DNA of 34,553 bases, from the IMG/VR virus record IMGVR_UViG_3300034178_000058, positions 1-34,553 of that record; one strand, given 5' to 3'. Shown one piece after another: positions 25,543 through 33,818 of this stretch. The position numbers were made by a program, and so were the translations under genes. The notes under the pieces are model-generated. The model was not told the origin of the DNA. It searched no databases and was given only the letters and a program-made list of their open reading frames with translations. Numbering within the stretch: the stretch's first letter is position 1; every line of letters begins with the position of its first letter. The stretch is from a virus. Taxonomy: Duplodnaviria > Caudoviricetes.

Positions 25543-25986
25543 TTACGACTTACGTTTTCTCGGCTTCCGGCCTCCCGTCGAACGCCTCGGGGAGCCAATC
25601 CGGGAGCCAATCGCCAGCCTGGCGCGGTCTTCCGCGGTCCAGGCGTCCGGCCTCAGGTGAGTGTACCTGCGCGTCACTTCGGTGCTGGAGTGGCCAAGTA
25701 GCACGGCCAGCCGCGTCATGTCGCCCCCGGCCGTCACCCAGGCGCTCGCCCCGGTGTGGCGCGTCGCCTCGTACCAGGTGACCTCGGGGAGAGCCGGGTC
25801 GCGGCCGAGCGCGGCGGCGCGGCCGAGCAGCTGGTCCCGGACCTGCTTCAGGCGGCGCTCGGCGGTCTTCCGGTTGGCGGGGGTGTCCTCGAGGCGGAGG
25901 GAGCGCTCGACCCAGCGCCCTCCATCCCGGACCTTCAAGTGGAGGATCCCGCGGTGGACGGTGAGGCAGCCCTTCCACTCGGTCAT
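25543..25986 (-). pseudogene. int: Internally deleted tyrosine integrase (arm-binding domain fused in frame to box II)
   Basis: N-terminal W.ERSLRLEDTPANRKTAE; C-terminal YEATRH...LLGHSS...TRRYTHL; only 147 aa, lacking core-binding domain and box I. Confidence 0.8.
25589..25611. repeat. Integrase arm-type site pair (right, inside int 3' end)
   Basis: GGGGAGCCAAT-C-CGGGAGCCAAT, the same motif as 25358-25379. Confidence 0.7.
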
Positions 25987-25995
25987 GGGGGAGCC

Positions 25996-26265
25996 CTACT
26001 CGGAGTCGAGTGGCTCGGCCTTCCACTGGCCGAGTGGCATCGCGTCGTCGATCCGAACGGGATACCCGTGCAGGAAGTCAGGGTTCGGCCGGCCGAATTC
26101 GTCTCGCGGCGAGCAGGAAAGCGAGTCCAGCGTCGCTCTCGACATGACGAGGCCCAGGCGAAGGTCGCTACTGGGGAGCGCCTGGATCTTCTCCAGCGTC
26201 TCGATGAGCGCCTCGAAAGAGAGCTCCTCGGTGAGCGCGTTGTCGACGTTGCTGATGTGCGTCAT
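25996..26265 (-). CDS. Hypothetical protein resembling an HK97 capsid A-domain fragment
   Basis: LVMSRATLDSL...DEFGRP...LHGYPVRIDDAMPLG. Confidence 0.55.
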   Translation of the reverse strand: MTHISNVDNALTEELSFEALIETLEKIQALPSSDLRLGLVMSRATLDSLSCSPRDEFGRPNPDFLHGYPVRIDDAMPLGQWKAEPLDSE

Positions 26266-26292
26266 GGGATCGGCCCGATATGATCGGGGAGC

Positions 26293-26601
26293 CTACCCCT
26301 TGCCGAGCGAGTCGAGAACTGCGGCCGTCGAGACCCCTACGCCCGACCCTCCCCCGGAGAGGTAGGCGTCGAGGTCCTCGCGGCGGATGGCCCAGGAGCG
26401 GCCGCGCTTCTTCGCGGGCAGGGAGCCGGAGCGGATCCAGCCGAGGACGGTCTTCTCGGCTCTGTGGGCGCGCTGCGCGGCGTCGGCCGTCGAGAGGATC
26501 GCCGGGCCGCCTCGCGCGAGGGCGCGCTCCGCCCCTCGCTCCGCCGCCTGCTCGAGGAGGTTGGCGAGCTGCTCCTGGGTGAGGACGGCGACGGCGGTCA
26601 C
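26293..26601 (-). CDS. xis: Excisionase-like HTH_17 DNA-binding protein
   Basis: LSTADAA......KTVLGWIRSGSLPAKKRGRSWAIRREDLDAYL; near int. Confidence 0.85.
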   Translation of the reverse strand: MTAVAVLTQEQLANLLEQAAERGAERALARGGPAILSTADAAQRAHRAEKTVLGWIRSGSLPAKKRGRSWAIRREDLDAYLSGGGSGVGVSTAAVLDSLGKG

Positions 26602-26852
26602 GCGGGGCTCCGCTGCGAGGTGATCAGGGCGTCCTCGAGCAGGCGGAGCCGCCCGAGGGTCATGGAGATGTTCTGGGTTCCGAGCACGGACCAGGTGAGC
26701 GCCTCCGAGTCGGCGCGCTCCATGATGATGAGGCCGCCCTCGAACTCCCCCCGCTTCGCGGCCTCGAGGTACTCCTCGAGCTTCTGGACGATGTAGTCCA
26801 AGTGGGCGGGCTTCGGGCCCTCGAGGACGCGGAGCTGGGGCTGGTCGGTCAC
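26598..26852 (-). CDS. Hypothetical protein
   Basis: Coupled overlaps on both sides; GC3-rich. Confidence 0.65.
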   Translation of the reverse strand: MTDQPQLRVLEGPKPAHLDYIVQKLEEYLEAAKRGEFEGGLIIMERADSEALTWSVLGTQNISMTLGRLRLLEDALITSQRSPA

Positions 26853-27040
26853 CGGAGGATCCTCGCGATCTCCTCGAGGTCGTCCAGGGCCTCGTCCTTC
26901 TCGGCGCGGCGCTCGTGCTCCCGCGCCAGGTCGCCGAGGTAGGATCCCTCGCCGAACTTCCCCAGCGTGGCGAGATCGGCCGCGGCGGCGAAGGGAGCCT
27001 TCACCGCGGTCGTGGCGCAGCGTTTCAGGAAGCGGATCAC
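26849..27040 (-). CDS. Hypothetical protein
   Basis: Coupled overlaps; GC3-rich. Confidence 0.6.
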   Translation of the reverse strand: MIRFLKRCATTAVKAPFAAAADLATLGKFGEGSYLGDLAREHERRAEKDEALDDLEEIARILR

Positions 27041-27333
27041 GGCTCGCGCCTCTCGCGCTCCAGCTCGGCCGACCGGGAGTCGATCGCGCCGGTGCTGCGC
27101 TTCCGCCGCTTGAGCTCGTCGAGGCCGGCCCGGAGCTGCTCGGGCGTGGTCTTGACCTCGCGACCCCCGGCCTTCAACGTGATCTCGGTGATGGTGCCGC
27201 TCTTCCTCGGCTTGACGGAGGGGATCTCAGCGCCCGGAATCTCCCCCTGCTCGACCTCCTTCCCGCGGAGCAGCTGCCGGAGGCGGAAGGCGGCCTTGTC
27301 GAGGGCGGCGATCTCACCCTTGCGCTCCTTCAC
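27037..27333 (-). CDS. Hypothetical coiled-coil protein, probably 5'-truncated (coding-like frame extends to about 27440 without a start)
   Basis: Upstream in-frame WFAQREQRYARELTETLDRIDNLRAELKEE has GC3-rich codons. Confidence 0.55.
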   Translation of the reverse strand: MKERKGEIAALDKAAFRLRQLLRGKEVEQGEIPGAEIPSVKPRKSGTITEITLKAGGREVKTTPEQLRAGLDELKRRKRSTGAIDSRSAELERERREP

Positions 27334-27718
27334 CTCCTCCTTCAGCTCGGCGCGGAGGTTGTCGATGCGGTCGAGGGTCTCGGTGAGCTCGCGCGCGTAG
27401 CGCTGCTCGCGCTGCGCGAACCAACGGGTGACGGTGATGGAGCTTCTCGATGTTCAACTCGGCGATCCGGTCCATCGAAACCCCGAGGGTCTCCGCCAGG
27501 AGCGCTACGTACCAGAGGACGTCCCCGGCCTCCTTCAGCAGCTTCTCCAGCGTGGCGGGGTCGAGCGGGTGCGCGTGGAACAACACCTTCTTGATGAGGT
27601 CCGCGACCTCGCCCGCCTCGCCGGCGACGCCCAGCCCGGCGCACGCCAGCGCGTCCAAAGGTCGCTCCGTCTTCCCGGCCGTCCGCATGGCGGCCTTCTG
27701 GTAGTCGGTGAAGTCCAT
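27314..27718 (-). CDS. MazG-like nucleotide pyrophosphohydrolase with aberrant C-terminus
   Basis: FTDYQKAA.RT...LGVAGEAGEVADLIKK...EAGDVLWYVA...NIEKL. Confidence 0.88.
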   Translation of the reverse strand: MDFTDYQKAAMRTAGKTERPLDALACAGLGVAGEAGEVADLIKKVLFHAHPLDPATLEKLLKEAGDVLWYVALLAETLGVSMDRIAELNIEKLHHRHPLVRAARAALRARAHRDPRPHRQPPRRAEGGGEGAQG

Positions 27719-28305
27719 CAGGCCGGCCTCCAGACCTGCCCCAGCTCGCAGGTCTCCAGGGCGAACCGGTGAGGCAGCGCCCGGTCAGCCGTCCACAGAA
27801 CCAGCGCGCTCGGGAACGTCGCCCCCGCCTCCGCACCACCAAAGGTCAGCCGGCCGTCGATGAAGCAGACCGCCGAGGCGCTCCGCACGTGCTTCTGCCA
27901 CGCTCGGATGTCGGTCTTCGAGGGGACGAGGAAGATCGCGCTGCCCCCGCGGGCCTCGACCATCCCTTCCGCCCGCGACATGAAGGCGCCCATCGTCCCC
28001 GAGGAGTAGGGCGGGTTGCAGAAGACGTTGCCGCCCCACGTGGCCAGGAGCCCGTCGCCGACCTCCACGTCGAGGGGCAGCTCCTGGTGGTCCTCGAGGT
28101 ACCAGTCCCGCCACTTCGCCAGCCAGATCCGCCTCCCCGCCGGCACGATGCTGTCCGGGTTCGAGCAGGGGTCCAGGTCGATCCCACCGCCGAACGCCCG
28201 CAGGACCGCCTCGATGATGTGCTGGGGCGTCGTCCAGTCCTCGGACTTCGCCACCCGAGGCAGGTAGCCCCTGGGTCCCGCCGTGCGCCCCTTCCGCTTC
28301 GTCAC
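27718..28305 (-). CDS. Phage DNA N6-adenine methyltransferase (Dam-like)
   Basis: DWTTP, IDLDPCS, VFCNPPYS, LVPSKTD, GRLTF, FPSA. Confidence 0.9.
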   Translation of the reverse strand: MTKRKGRTAGPRGYLPRVAKSEDWTTPQHIIEAVLRAFGGGIDLDPCSNPDSIVPAGRRIWLAKWRDWYLEDHQELPLDVEVGDGLLATWGGNVFCNPPYSSGTMGAFMSRAEGMVEARGGSAIFLVPSKTDIRAWQKHVRSASAVCFIDGRLTFGGAEAGATFPSALVLWTADRALPHRFALETCELGQVWRPA

Positions 28306-28919
28306 GCCGCCTCCCCGAGCGCGCTCTTGAGCTCCTGGAGCACCTTCTCGGCGGCGTCCCGGCGCCGGTGCAGCTCCGCGGTCACCGCGTCGCGAAGGTT
28401 CACCAGCTCGGGGCCCTCCATCGCGGAGAGCGCCTTCGCCCACTTCGTCGGCGCCACGTCCTGGCGGGTCGGTGCGAGCGGGACCCTCTTCGCCGGCGCC
28501 GGCGTGGGCTTCTTCTCGGGGTTCTTCGAGCAACCGGTCCTGTGGCGGCTGGGGCTCTTGCACTCGGGACAGGCCATGGCGGTCTCCTCGGGCTTCGGTT
28601 CGGCCGGCACGCTCGCCGGCGGGTCAGGGGTGAAGGTCTTGAGGGCGGGCGCGAGCGACTCTGGCGCGGCCGACAGCGCGGCCAATTCGGCGAGCAGCTC
28701 CGGATCCGGGCGGACCTTGCGCTTCAGGAAGCAGACGCCACAGACGCCGGGGTGCTTCTCCATCATCCCGTCGTTGACCGACGCGCCGCAGGCGTGACAG
28801 GTGCCTCCCTTCGTCAAGAGTAGCTTCAGCCACGCGCCCCTCCGCTCGTCGCGATCGGCGTAGACGTCGGCGATTCGACCGTGGACGCTGGCGAGCTGCG
28901 GCTCGGTGGCGAGGCTCAT
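28302..28919 (-). CDS. Hypothetical protein with several CxxC zinc-binding motifs
   Basis: CHAC, CGVC, CPEC...H...C; coupled to the methylase start. Confidence 0.6.
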   Translation of the reverse strand: MSLATEPQLASVHGRIADVYADRDERRGAWLKLLLTKGGTCHACGASVNDGMMEKHPGVCGVCFLKRKVRPDPELLAELAALSAAPESLAPALKTFTPDPPASVPAEPKPEETAMACPECKSPSRHRTGCSKNPEKKPTPAPAKRVPLAPTRQDVAPTKWAKALSAMEGPELVNLRDAVTAELHRRRDAAEKVLQELKSALGEAA

Positions 28920-28922
28920 GGC

Positions 28923-29088
28923 CTAGTCGACCTCCACGAGCGTGCCGAGGATCTCGAGCCGCTGCACGCGCAGCGCGTTGCGCGCGGTGATCCGGGTGCG
29001 GCGGAACTGGATGGCCGGGCTCGAGTACCCCATCCGCCGCGCGATCTCGGCCTTCGTGAAGCCCTCCTCGAGGAGGCCGTTGATCCGC
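28923..29088 (-). pseudogene. Start-less C-terminal fragment of an HTH protein
   Basis: RINGLLEEGFTKAEIARRMGY... in a GC3-rich frame, joined to the HNH remnant. Confidence 0.5.
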
Positions 29089-29419
29089 CCATGTCGGAGA
29101 GGAACGACGGAAGTCCCGCCAGCGGGCGCACACTGCGCGCCGCGGCCCCCCCGTATCGTGCGTAGGCAGGGTGATTTGGGTTCGTGCATCGGTCGAGCAT
29201 CGCCAGCCAGCTCGCGTACGTGCGAGGCGACTTGGCGCGGGTGAGCTTGGCGCAGCCGCACGACACGGAGTGTCCGGTGCGGAGGTGGCTTAGGGCGACG
29301 ACTGCCTCGCGGCCGCAGTCGCAACGGCACAACCACCTGGAGTGCTTGCTGCGCGACGAAGCGCGCGCCAGGGCGACAAGCGCGCCGAAGCGCGTTCCAG
29401 TCAAGTCGATCGCCCTCAT
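29089..29419 (-). pseudogene. Decayed HNH/AP2-associated homing endonuclease, N-terminal part
   Basis: IDLTGTRFG.L...WLCRCDCG...SCGC...TYASW.AM..RC.NP....Y..YGG; VCARWRDF lies in another frame; truncated after FLSDMG. Confidence 0.75.
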
Positions 29420-29550
29420 AGCAAACCTCGGGAGTAGGGGAGAGAGCCGCACCGACGGCAGACGTGGAACTCCAGAAGGCCCTCGACGCCGGCGACGACG
29501 TACGAGTGGCCGAAGAGACGGCAGACCAGGCGGCGCCAGGGCGAGGGCAC
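29416..29550 (-). CDS. Small DUF1660-like protein (44 aa; absent from the ORF track)
   Basis: MPSPWRRLVCRLFGHSY...HVCRRCG; stop overlaps the next ATG (ATGA). Confidence 0.65.
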   Translation of the reverse strand: MPSPWRRLVCRLFGHSYVVAGVEGLLEFHVCRRCGSLPYSRGLL

Positions 29551-29552
29551 GG

Positions 29553-29753
29553 CTAAACCAGCCCCTTCTGCTCGGCCCACCACGTGAAGACGATGAGGTC
29601 CCCGCCGCCCGAGGCCTTCGAATAGACCTCGGAGTCGTCGTGGATCTGGCTCTTCGGCACCCAGTGCTTCTCGCCCTCGATCTCGACGAGGATGGCCTTC
29701 TCGCTCTCGGCCTCGACCACCTCGACGTCGAACGTCACGGTGTCGCCGGTCAC
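29553..29753 (-). CDS. Conserved small phage protein
   Basis: ESEKAILV.....HWVPKSQI...W.AEQKGL; GTGA coupling. Confidence 0.7.
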   Translation of the reverse strand: MTGDTVTFDVEVVEAESEKAILVEIEGEKHWVPKSQIHDDSEVYSKASGGGDLIVFTWWAEQKGLV

Positions 29754-30073
29754 GGCTTCCTCCACTCGTCGGCGTGCTTGCACGTCGCGAAGTGGGACAG
29801 CCTCAGCGCGTGCTTCCCCCCGAGTGCCCACGCCGCGTCGCGGACCTTCTTCGCCTGGTCGTTGCCGAGGACGCGAGCCACGATCCCGGTGCCGCGCGCG
29901 GCGAGCTGCACGTTGCCCTTCTCGGACGGCTCGGCGTCGACCGGGATCGCCTTCGGCTTGCCGTCGGGCTTCAGGACCACCTGGCCGCGCTCGTCCACGC
30001 GCTGCGCCCAGAAGATCGGAGCTGAGCAGCTCCGGCAGGCCTTCGGCTCGTGGACGGGCGCGGGGGCGGTCAC
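29750..30073 (-). CDS. Phage zinc-binding protein
   Basis: CRSCSAPIFW...IPVDAEP...SHFATC...WR. Confidence 0.7.
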   Translation of the reverse strand: MTAPAPVHEPKACRSCSAPIFWAQRVDERGQVVLKPDGKPKAIPVDAEPSEKGNVQLAARGTGIVARVLGNDQAKKVRDAAWALGGKHALRLSHFATCKHADEWRKP

Positions 30074-30411
30074 CGGCCGACGGTCCTCTCGCGCCACGCT
30101 CGGTACTCGGCGTGGATGCCGAGCACGAGCTTCGCCGTGGCGACGTCCTCGGGCGGATGGCGGTCGCAGATGCGCCGCGTCTCGTCCGCCCACCCGCGGC
30201 CCTCGGGCTCGCAGGCGTGGTCCTCGTTGCAGCCGCAGATCACGCACCGGCCGGCCCCCTCGTCCCGGGCGAGAATCCGGATCGCCCGGCAGACCATGCA
30301 CGGGCAGCTCAGCGTCGGGTCGTCGCAGGCGTCGCCGGAGTCGACCGCGGCGTCGACCAGGTCGTGCACGATCCCGTGCAGCTCGTCGACCAGCGTCTCC
30401 TGGTCAGCCAT
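30070..30411 (-). CDS. Cys-rich hypothetical protein
   Basis: CPCMVC, CVICGC..DHAC...W....CDRH; GGAGG RBS. Confidence 0.6.
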   Translation of the reverse strand: MADQETLVDELHGIVHDLVDAAVDSGDACDDPTLSCPCMVCRAIRILARDEGAGRCVICGCNEDHACEPEGRGWADETRRICDRHPPEDVATAKLVLGIHAEYRAWRERTVGR

Positions 30412-30625
30412 TCGCCACCTCCGCCTTCGCCGGCTCGAGCCGGACGAAGTCCACGCGCTTCGGCCACGCCGACATCAAGATCTCGGCCAGCTCCCACCAG
30501 TCGCGCTTCGCCATCAGCATCGTCCCGGCCTGCGTGTTCGGACCACCCTCCGGGCCGACGTAGGCCCGCACGGAGACCTGCTCGCCCTGGACCTCGTAGA
30601 GAAACTGGAAGTGCGCCGCGGCCAT
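30404..30625 (-). CDS. Hypothetical protein
   Basis: GGAGG RBS; GC3-rich. Confidence 0.6.
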   Translation of the reverse strand: MAAAHFQFLYEVQGEQVSVRAYVGPEGGPNTQAGTMLMAKRDWWELAEILMSAWPKRVDFVRLEPAKAEVANG

Positions 30626-30634
30626 GAGCGCCTC

Positions 30635-31219
30635 CTAGAATGGGACGTCGTCCTGCTGGCCGGCCTGCTCGTCGAGCAGCTCCTGCGGCGGCTGGTCCGC
30701 CGGCGAGGGCGCGGCCGCCAGGCGCGGCGCGGGAGCGGGCCGCGGGGCGGCCGGCCTCGGGAGCTGCTGCTGCGTGGCGGTCGGCGCCGGCGCGCGCCCC
30801 GCCGCCCGGTCGAAGGCGCCGATCCGGCTCTTCATCCGCTTCGCGAACGCGGACGCCTGGTCCTGCGTGAGCGCCTCCTTCATCGCCAGCCCGCCGCCGC
30901 CGTTGATGAACGCGATCCGGGCGCTCGTCTTGCCCTGGTACTCCTCGTGCTTCACGACGAGCTCGACCTCCTGGTCGAACCCCTCGGGCAGCGGCTGCCC
31001 CTCCGCGAAGACCGAGAGGTCGTCCCCGCGCCAGCCACAGTGCCGCAGCGACTCGACCGTCCGCTCCGTCGCCGCGTCCGTGAAGTAGCCGTACCAGGTG
31101 AGCCGCGTTCCGGCCGGCTCGACGAACTCGAACTGGACGCCGATCTGCTCCTTGCCGGTGCTCGTGAGCCCCAGCGCGGCGCGGACCGGACGACCCCTGT
31201 AGTTGCCTTCGTTCAGCAT
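30635..31219 (-). CDS. Single-stranded DNA-binding protein (DUF669-like)
   Basis: OB-like N-terminal half, Pro/Ala linker, acidic DDVPF tail; follows a Sak4-like ATPase. Confidence 0.8.
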   Translation of the reverse strand: MLNEGNYRGRPVRAALGLTSTGKEQIGVQFEFVEPAGTRLTWYGYFTDAATERTVESLRHCGWRGDDLSVFAEGQPLPEGFDQEVELVVKHEEYQGKTSARIAFINGGGGLAMKEALTQDQASAFAKRMKSRIGAFDRAAGRAPAPTATQQQLPRPAAPRPAPAPRLAAAPSPADQPPQELLDEQAGQQDDVPF

Positions 31220-31222
31220 GAC

Positions 31223-32212
31223 CTACTCCTCCTCGAGGCCGAGCTCGGCCCGCTTGGTGTTGACCCACACGTTGAGCTTCGAGAGCTTCACGGCGTCGTC
31301 GCCGGCGGCCGTGAGGAAGCCGAGCGTCTTCGCCTTCAGATCGGCCGGGAGCTTCTCGGCCTTCGCCTTGATCGCGTCGACCAGGTCCTTCGGGTCCGCG
31401 GGGCGGTGCGACTGGATGGCGGTCCAGAGCTCGTTCCAGTCGAGCGGGAGTTCCTCCGGCAGGTCGTAGCGGTTCTTCGCGTCGAAGGCGCCCGTCTTCT
31501 TCGTGTAGAGGAAGCGCGCGTCGGTGGTGATCGCGCGGAGCTTCTTCTGGTCGCCCTTCGACTTCTGCTTCAGCACCGTCTCGAACTTCGCGAATAGCAC
31601 CGCGTCGGCGCGCTCCTTCACCAGCCCGCCCGCCTTCTCGTGGAGCTTCAGGATGTAGCGGTCCCAGCCCTCGCTCTCCGGGTCGTCGAACCGCTTCACC
31701 ACCGAGTGGCTGAGCGTGAGGACGTTGATCCCCTTCGCCCGGACGCGCTCGAGCGCGGCGATGAGCTTCCGCCACTCGTCGAGCGCGACGATGTTCTCGC
31801 CCTTGCCGAAGCCGTAGGAGGAGATGTTCTCCCTCCCGTCGCGGGCGCAGATGTGCTGCCAGATGAGCGCCTCGACGGCGTCGAGCGTGTCGAGGACCAG
31901 AGTCTTGTACGGATGGGTCTCCCGCTCGATGACGCGGACCGACTCAAGCAGCTCGTCGAAGTTCGTCGGCATCGTCCGGCCGGCGTCGTCGAACTGGAAG
32001 CGGGTCGTCTCCAGGTTCATCGTGCCCTGCTCGACGTCGATGAAGATGGGCTCGGGCGCGGCGGCGCCGAGCGAGGACTTGCCGACGCCCTCTGGGCCGT
32101 AGACGTGCAACCAGGCGGCGTGCTCGACGCGCCCCCGCGAGACGCGGGCGAGGGTGAGTTTCGGCGTGGGGGACGGAGCGGGTAGGGGTTTCGCTGCGGT
32201 GGGGGCGGCCAT
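31223..32212 (-). CDS. Sak4-like AAA_24 ATPase recombinase
   Basis: YGPEGVGKS, IFIDVEQG, YKTLVLDTLD, GFGKG, AKNRYDLP. Confidence 0.9.
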   Translation of the reverse strand: MAAPTAAKPLPAPSPTPKLTLARVSRGRVEHAAWLHVYGPEGVGKSSLGAAAPEPIFIDVEQGTMNLETTRFQFDDAGRTMPTNFDELLESVRVIERETHPYKTLVLDTLDAVEALIWQHICARDGRENISSYGFGKGENIVALDEWRKLIAALERVRAKGINVLTLSHSVVKRFDDPESEGWDRYILKLHEKAGGLVKERADAVLFAKFETVLKQKSKGDQKKLRAITTDARFLYTKKTGAFDAKNRYDLPEELPLDWNELWTAIQSHRPADPKDLVDAIKAKAEKLPADLKAKTLGFLTAAGDDAVKLSKLNVWVNTKRAELGLEEE

Positions 32213-32222
32213 GGGGTCTCCT

Positions 32223-33302
32223 TCAGGCGGCGCTCGCCTGGTCGGCGAGCTCGGGGTTGACGACTTCGGAACGGCGGAACCGCTCGGGGTCCTCGAGCGA
32301 GGCGGTACCCGTGCAGACGTCGAAGAACGGGCAGGTGGAGCCGTACCGGACGCAGGCGTCCGGGTTGCGGGGGAAGCGCCCGGCGAGCTCGGCCTCGCGC
32401 AGCTGCTTCGCCACCTGCCAGGCGTCGAAGGCGGCCTCGGCGAGTTCCGCCTCGAGGCGGACCACTTCCCCGCGCTGGCTGTAGCCGGTGGGGTCGGAGG
32501 CGATCGCCTCGAGCAGCCGCGCGCGGTACTCCTCCGGCGTCTCCTGCCGCGTCTGGAGGATGTAGCCCTCGGCCGAGGAGGCGCTCTCGCGCCACTTTTT
32601 GCCGTCCTTCGTCCGGACCCGGGCGCCGGCGGCGTCGAGCACGATCTTCACGCCGTCCTCGTCGAGCACCGGGATCTGGCTCGGCCGCTGCGCCGGCTTG
32701 GCGATCACGTCGTAGATGCAGGCCTGCGGGTCGTGGCCCAGCGCGGCGGCGCCAGCGAAGTAGGTCGAGATCTGGCCGTCGATGCGGAGGCGCTTCCAGT
32801 AGTCGGAGCCCGGGGTGATGTCGCTCGAGGCGGTCTTGTGCTCGACGACGAGCACGCGGCCGGTGGACTTCTCCCGGACGATGGCGTCGATCTTCCCCCC
32901 GAGGATCCAGGTGCGGCTCGGGGCTCCGGTCTCGGGGTTGACGAGTGGAGCCTCGAAGCGCTCCTCGACGGCGAGGACCTCGTAGAGCTCGGCGGCGTCC
33001 GTCCACCGGGCGTCGTAGCCGACCATCAGGGCCTCCGCGCGGACCCGGTCGAACGGGTCGGCCTCGCCCTGCATCGCGCCGATCGCGAAGTCGAGCGGGG
33101 TCGTGTCGCCGGCGAGGGTCTGCTGCCCGCCGACCGCCTTCCACCAGGCGTCGAGGCCGAGGTGCATGAGGCCGCCGAAGCGGAGGGGCTCCGCGTCGAC
33201 CGCCGGCCGGTAGCCGAGCCCGTAGGAGTAGTGGTGCTCGCGCTGGCAGCGCCGGGCGGCGCTCTGGCGCGACGTAGTGAGGATGGGGAGCGACGTGGAC
33301 AT
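32223..33302 (-). CDS. PD-(D/E)XK Cas4/RecB-like exonuclease
   Basis: RCQR.H...FG..MH; GKIDAI...VVEHKT; QISTY; C-terminal C....CPF..VC. Confidence 0.9.
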   Translation of the reverse strand: MSTSLPILTTSRQSAARRCQREHHYSYGLGYRPAVDAEPLRFGGLMHLGLDAWWKAVGGQQTLAGDTTPLDFAIGAMQGEADPFDRVRAEALMVGYDARWTDAAELYEVLAVEERFEAPLVNPETGAPSRTWILGGKIDAIVREKSTGRVLVVEHKTASSDITPGSDYWKRLRIDGQISTYFAGAAALGHDPQACIYDVIAKPAQRPSQIPVLDEDGVKIVLDAAGARVRTKDGKKWRESASSAEGYILQTRQETPEEYRARLLEAIASDPTGYSQRGEVVRLEAELAEAAFDAWQVAKQLREAELAGRFPRNPDACVRYGSTCPFFDVCTGTASLEDPERFRRSEVVNPELADQASAA

Positions 33303-33313
33303 GGCGTTCTCCT

Positions 33314-33535
33314 TCAGGCTGCGGGGTTGGGGAGGAGAGCGGGCGCGCTGCGGCGCACCTGGCAGACCTCGTTGAGGTGGAGTTGGATGTTGTCGGTGCC
33401 GAAACCGACCTCGACACCCCGAGGGTGGATGCTCACGCGCGTGAGCGTCGCGTTCCAGGCGCCGCCGAGCGCGGCGGAGATGAGGACGTCGCCGGGGCGG
33501 AGGTCCTGCGAGAGGACCGTCATCGTGCGGGTCAT
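33314..33535 (-). CDS. Hypothetical protein
   Basis: GGAGG RBS before MTRTMTV; DLRPGDV motif. Confidence 0.6.
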   Translation of the reverse strand: MTRTMTVLSQDLRPGDVLISAALGGAWNATLTRVSIHPRGVEVGFGTDNIQLHLNEVCQVRRSAPALLPNPAA

Positions 33536-33795
33536 GCGGCCTCCGGCGCGGGGTGGTTCGGGCAGTCGCACTCGAAGCCCGCAGGCGTAGGGTTGCCGTT
33601 CGCGAGAAGCCCTTCAGCGCAGGAGCACCCGGTGAAGCGGCCGTTACCCAGCGCCGCGCCCGGGCAGTTGGGCTCGCACCTGCCCTGCGCGAGGCCGAGC
33701 ATCTCCGGCGGGAGCGCGGCGCGGGCCTGCGCCAAGATCTGGATGCGGTGGTGGGTGGGGCTCTCGGTCTGCTTCGTCTCGTTCGTCGTCACCAT
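33532..33795 (-). CDS. Cys-rich hypothetical protein, first gene of the leftward operon
   Basis: GGAGG RBS before ATG at 33795. Confidence 0.55.
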   Translation of the reverse strand: MVTTNETKQTESPTHHRIQILAQARAALPPEMLGLAQGRCEPNCPGAALGNGRFTGCSCAEGLLANGNPTPAGFECDCPNHPAPEAA

Positions 33796-33818
33796 TGCTG
33801 CCTCCGGTGGTGGTGCTG

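Noticed and set aside
25541-25551. TGTTACGACTT matches the conserved 3' region of 16S rRNA (1492R site)
   Set aside because: Only 11 nt with no other rRNA sequence; chance match or part of an att accessory site
32223-33302. CRISPR-Cas (Cas4-like gene)
   Set aside because: Sits in a Sak4/SSB recombination module; no array or other cas genes seen
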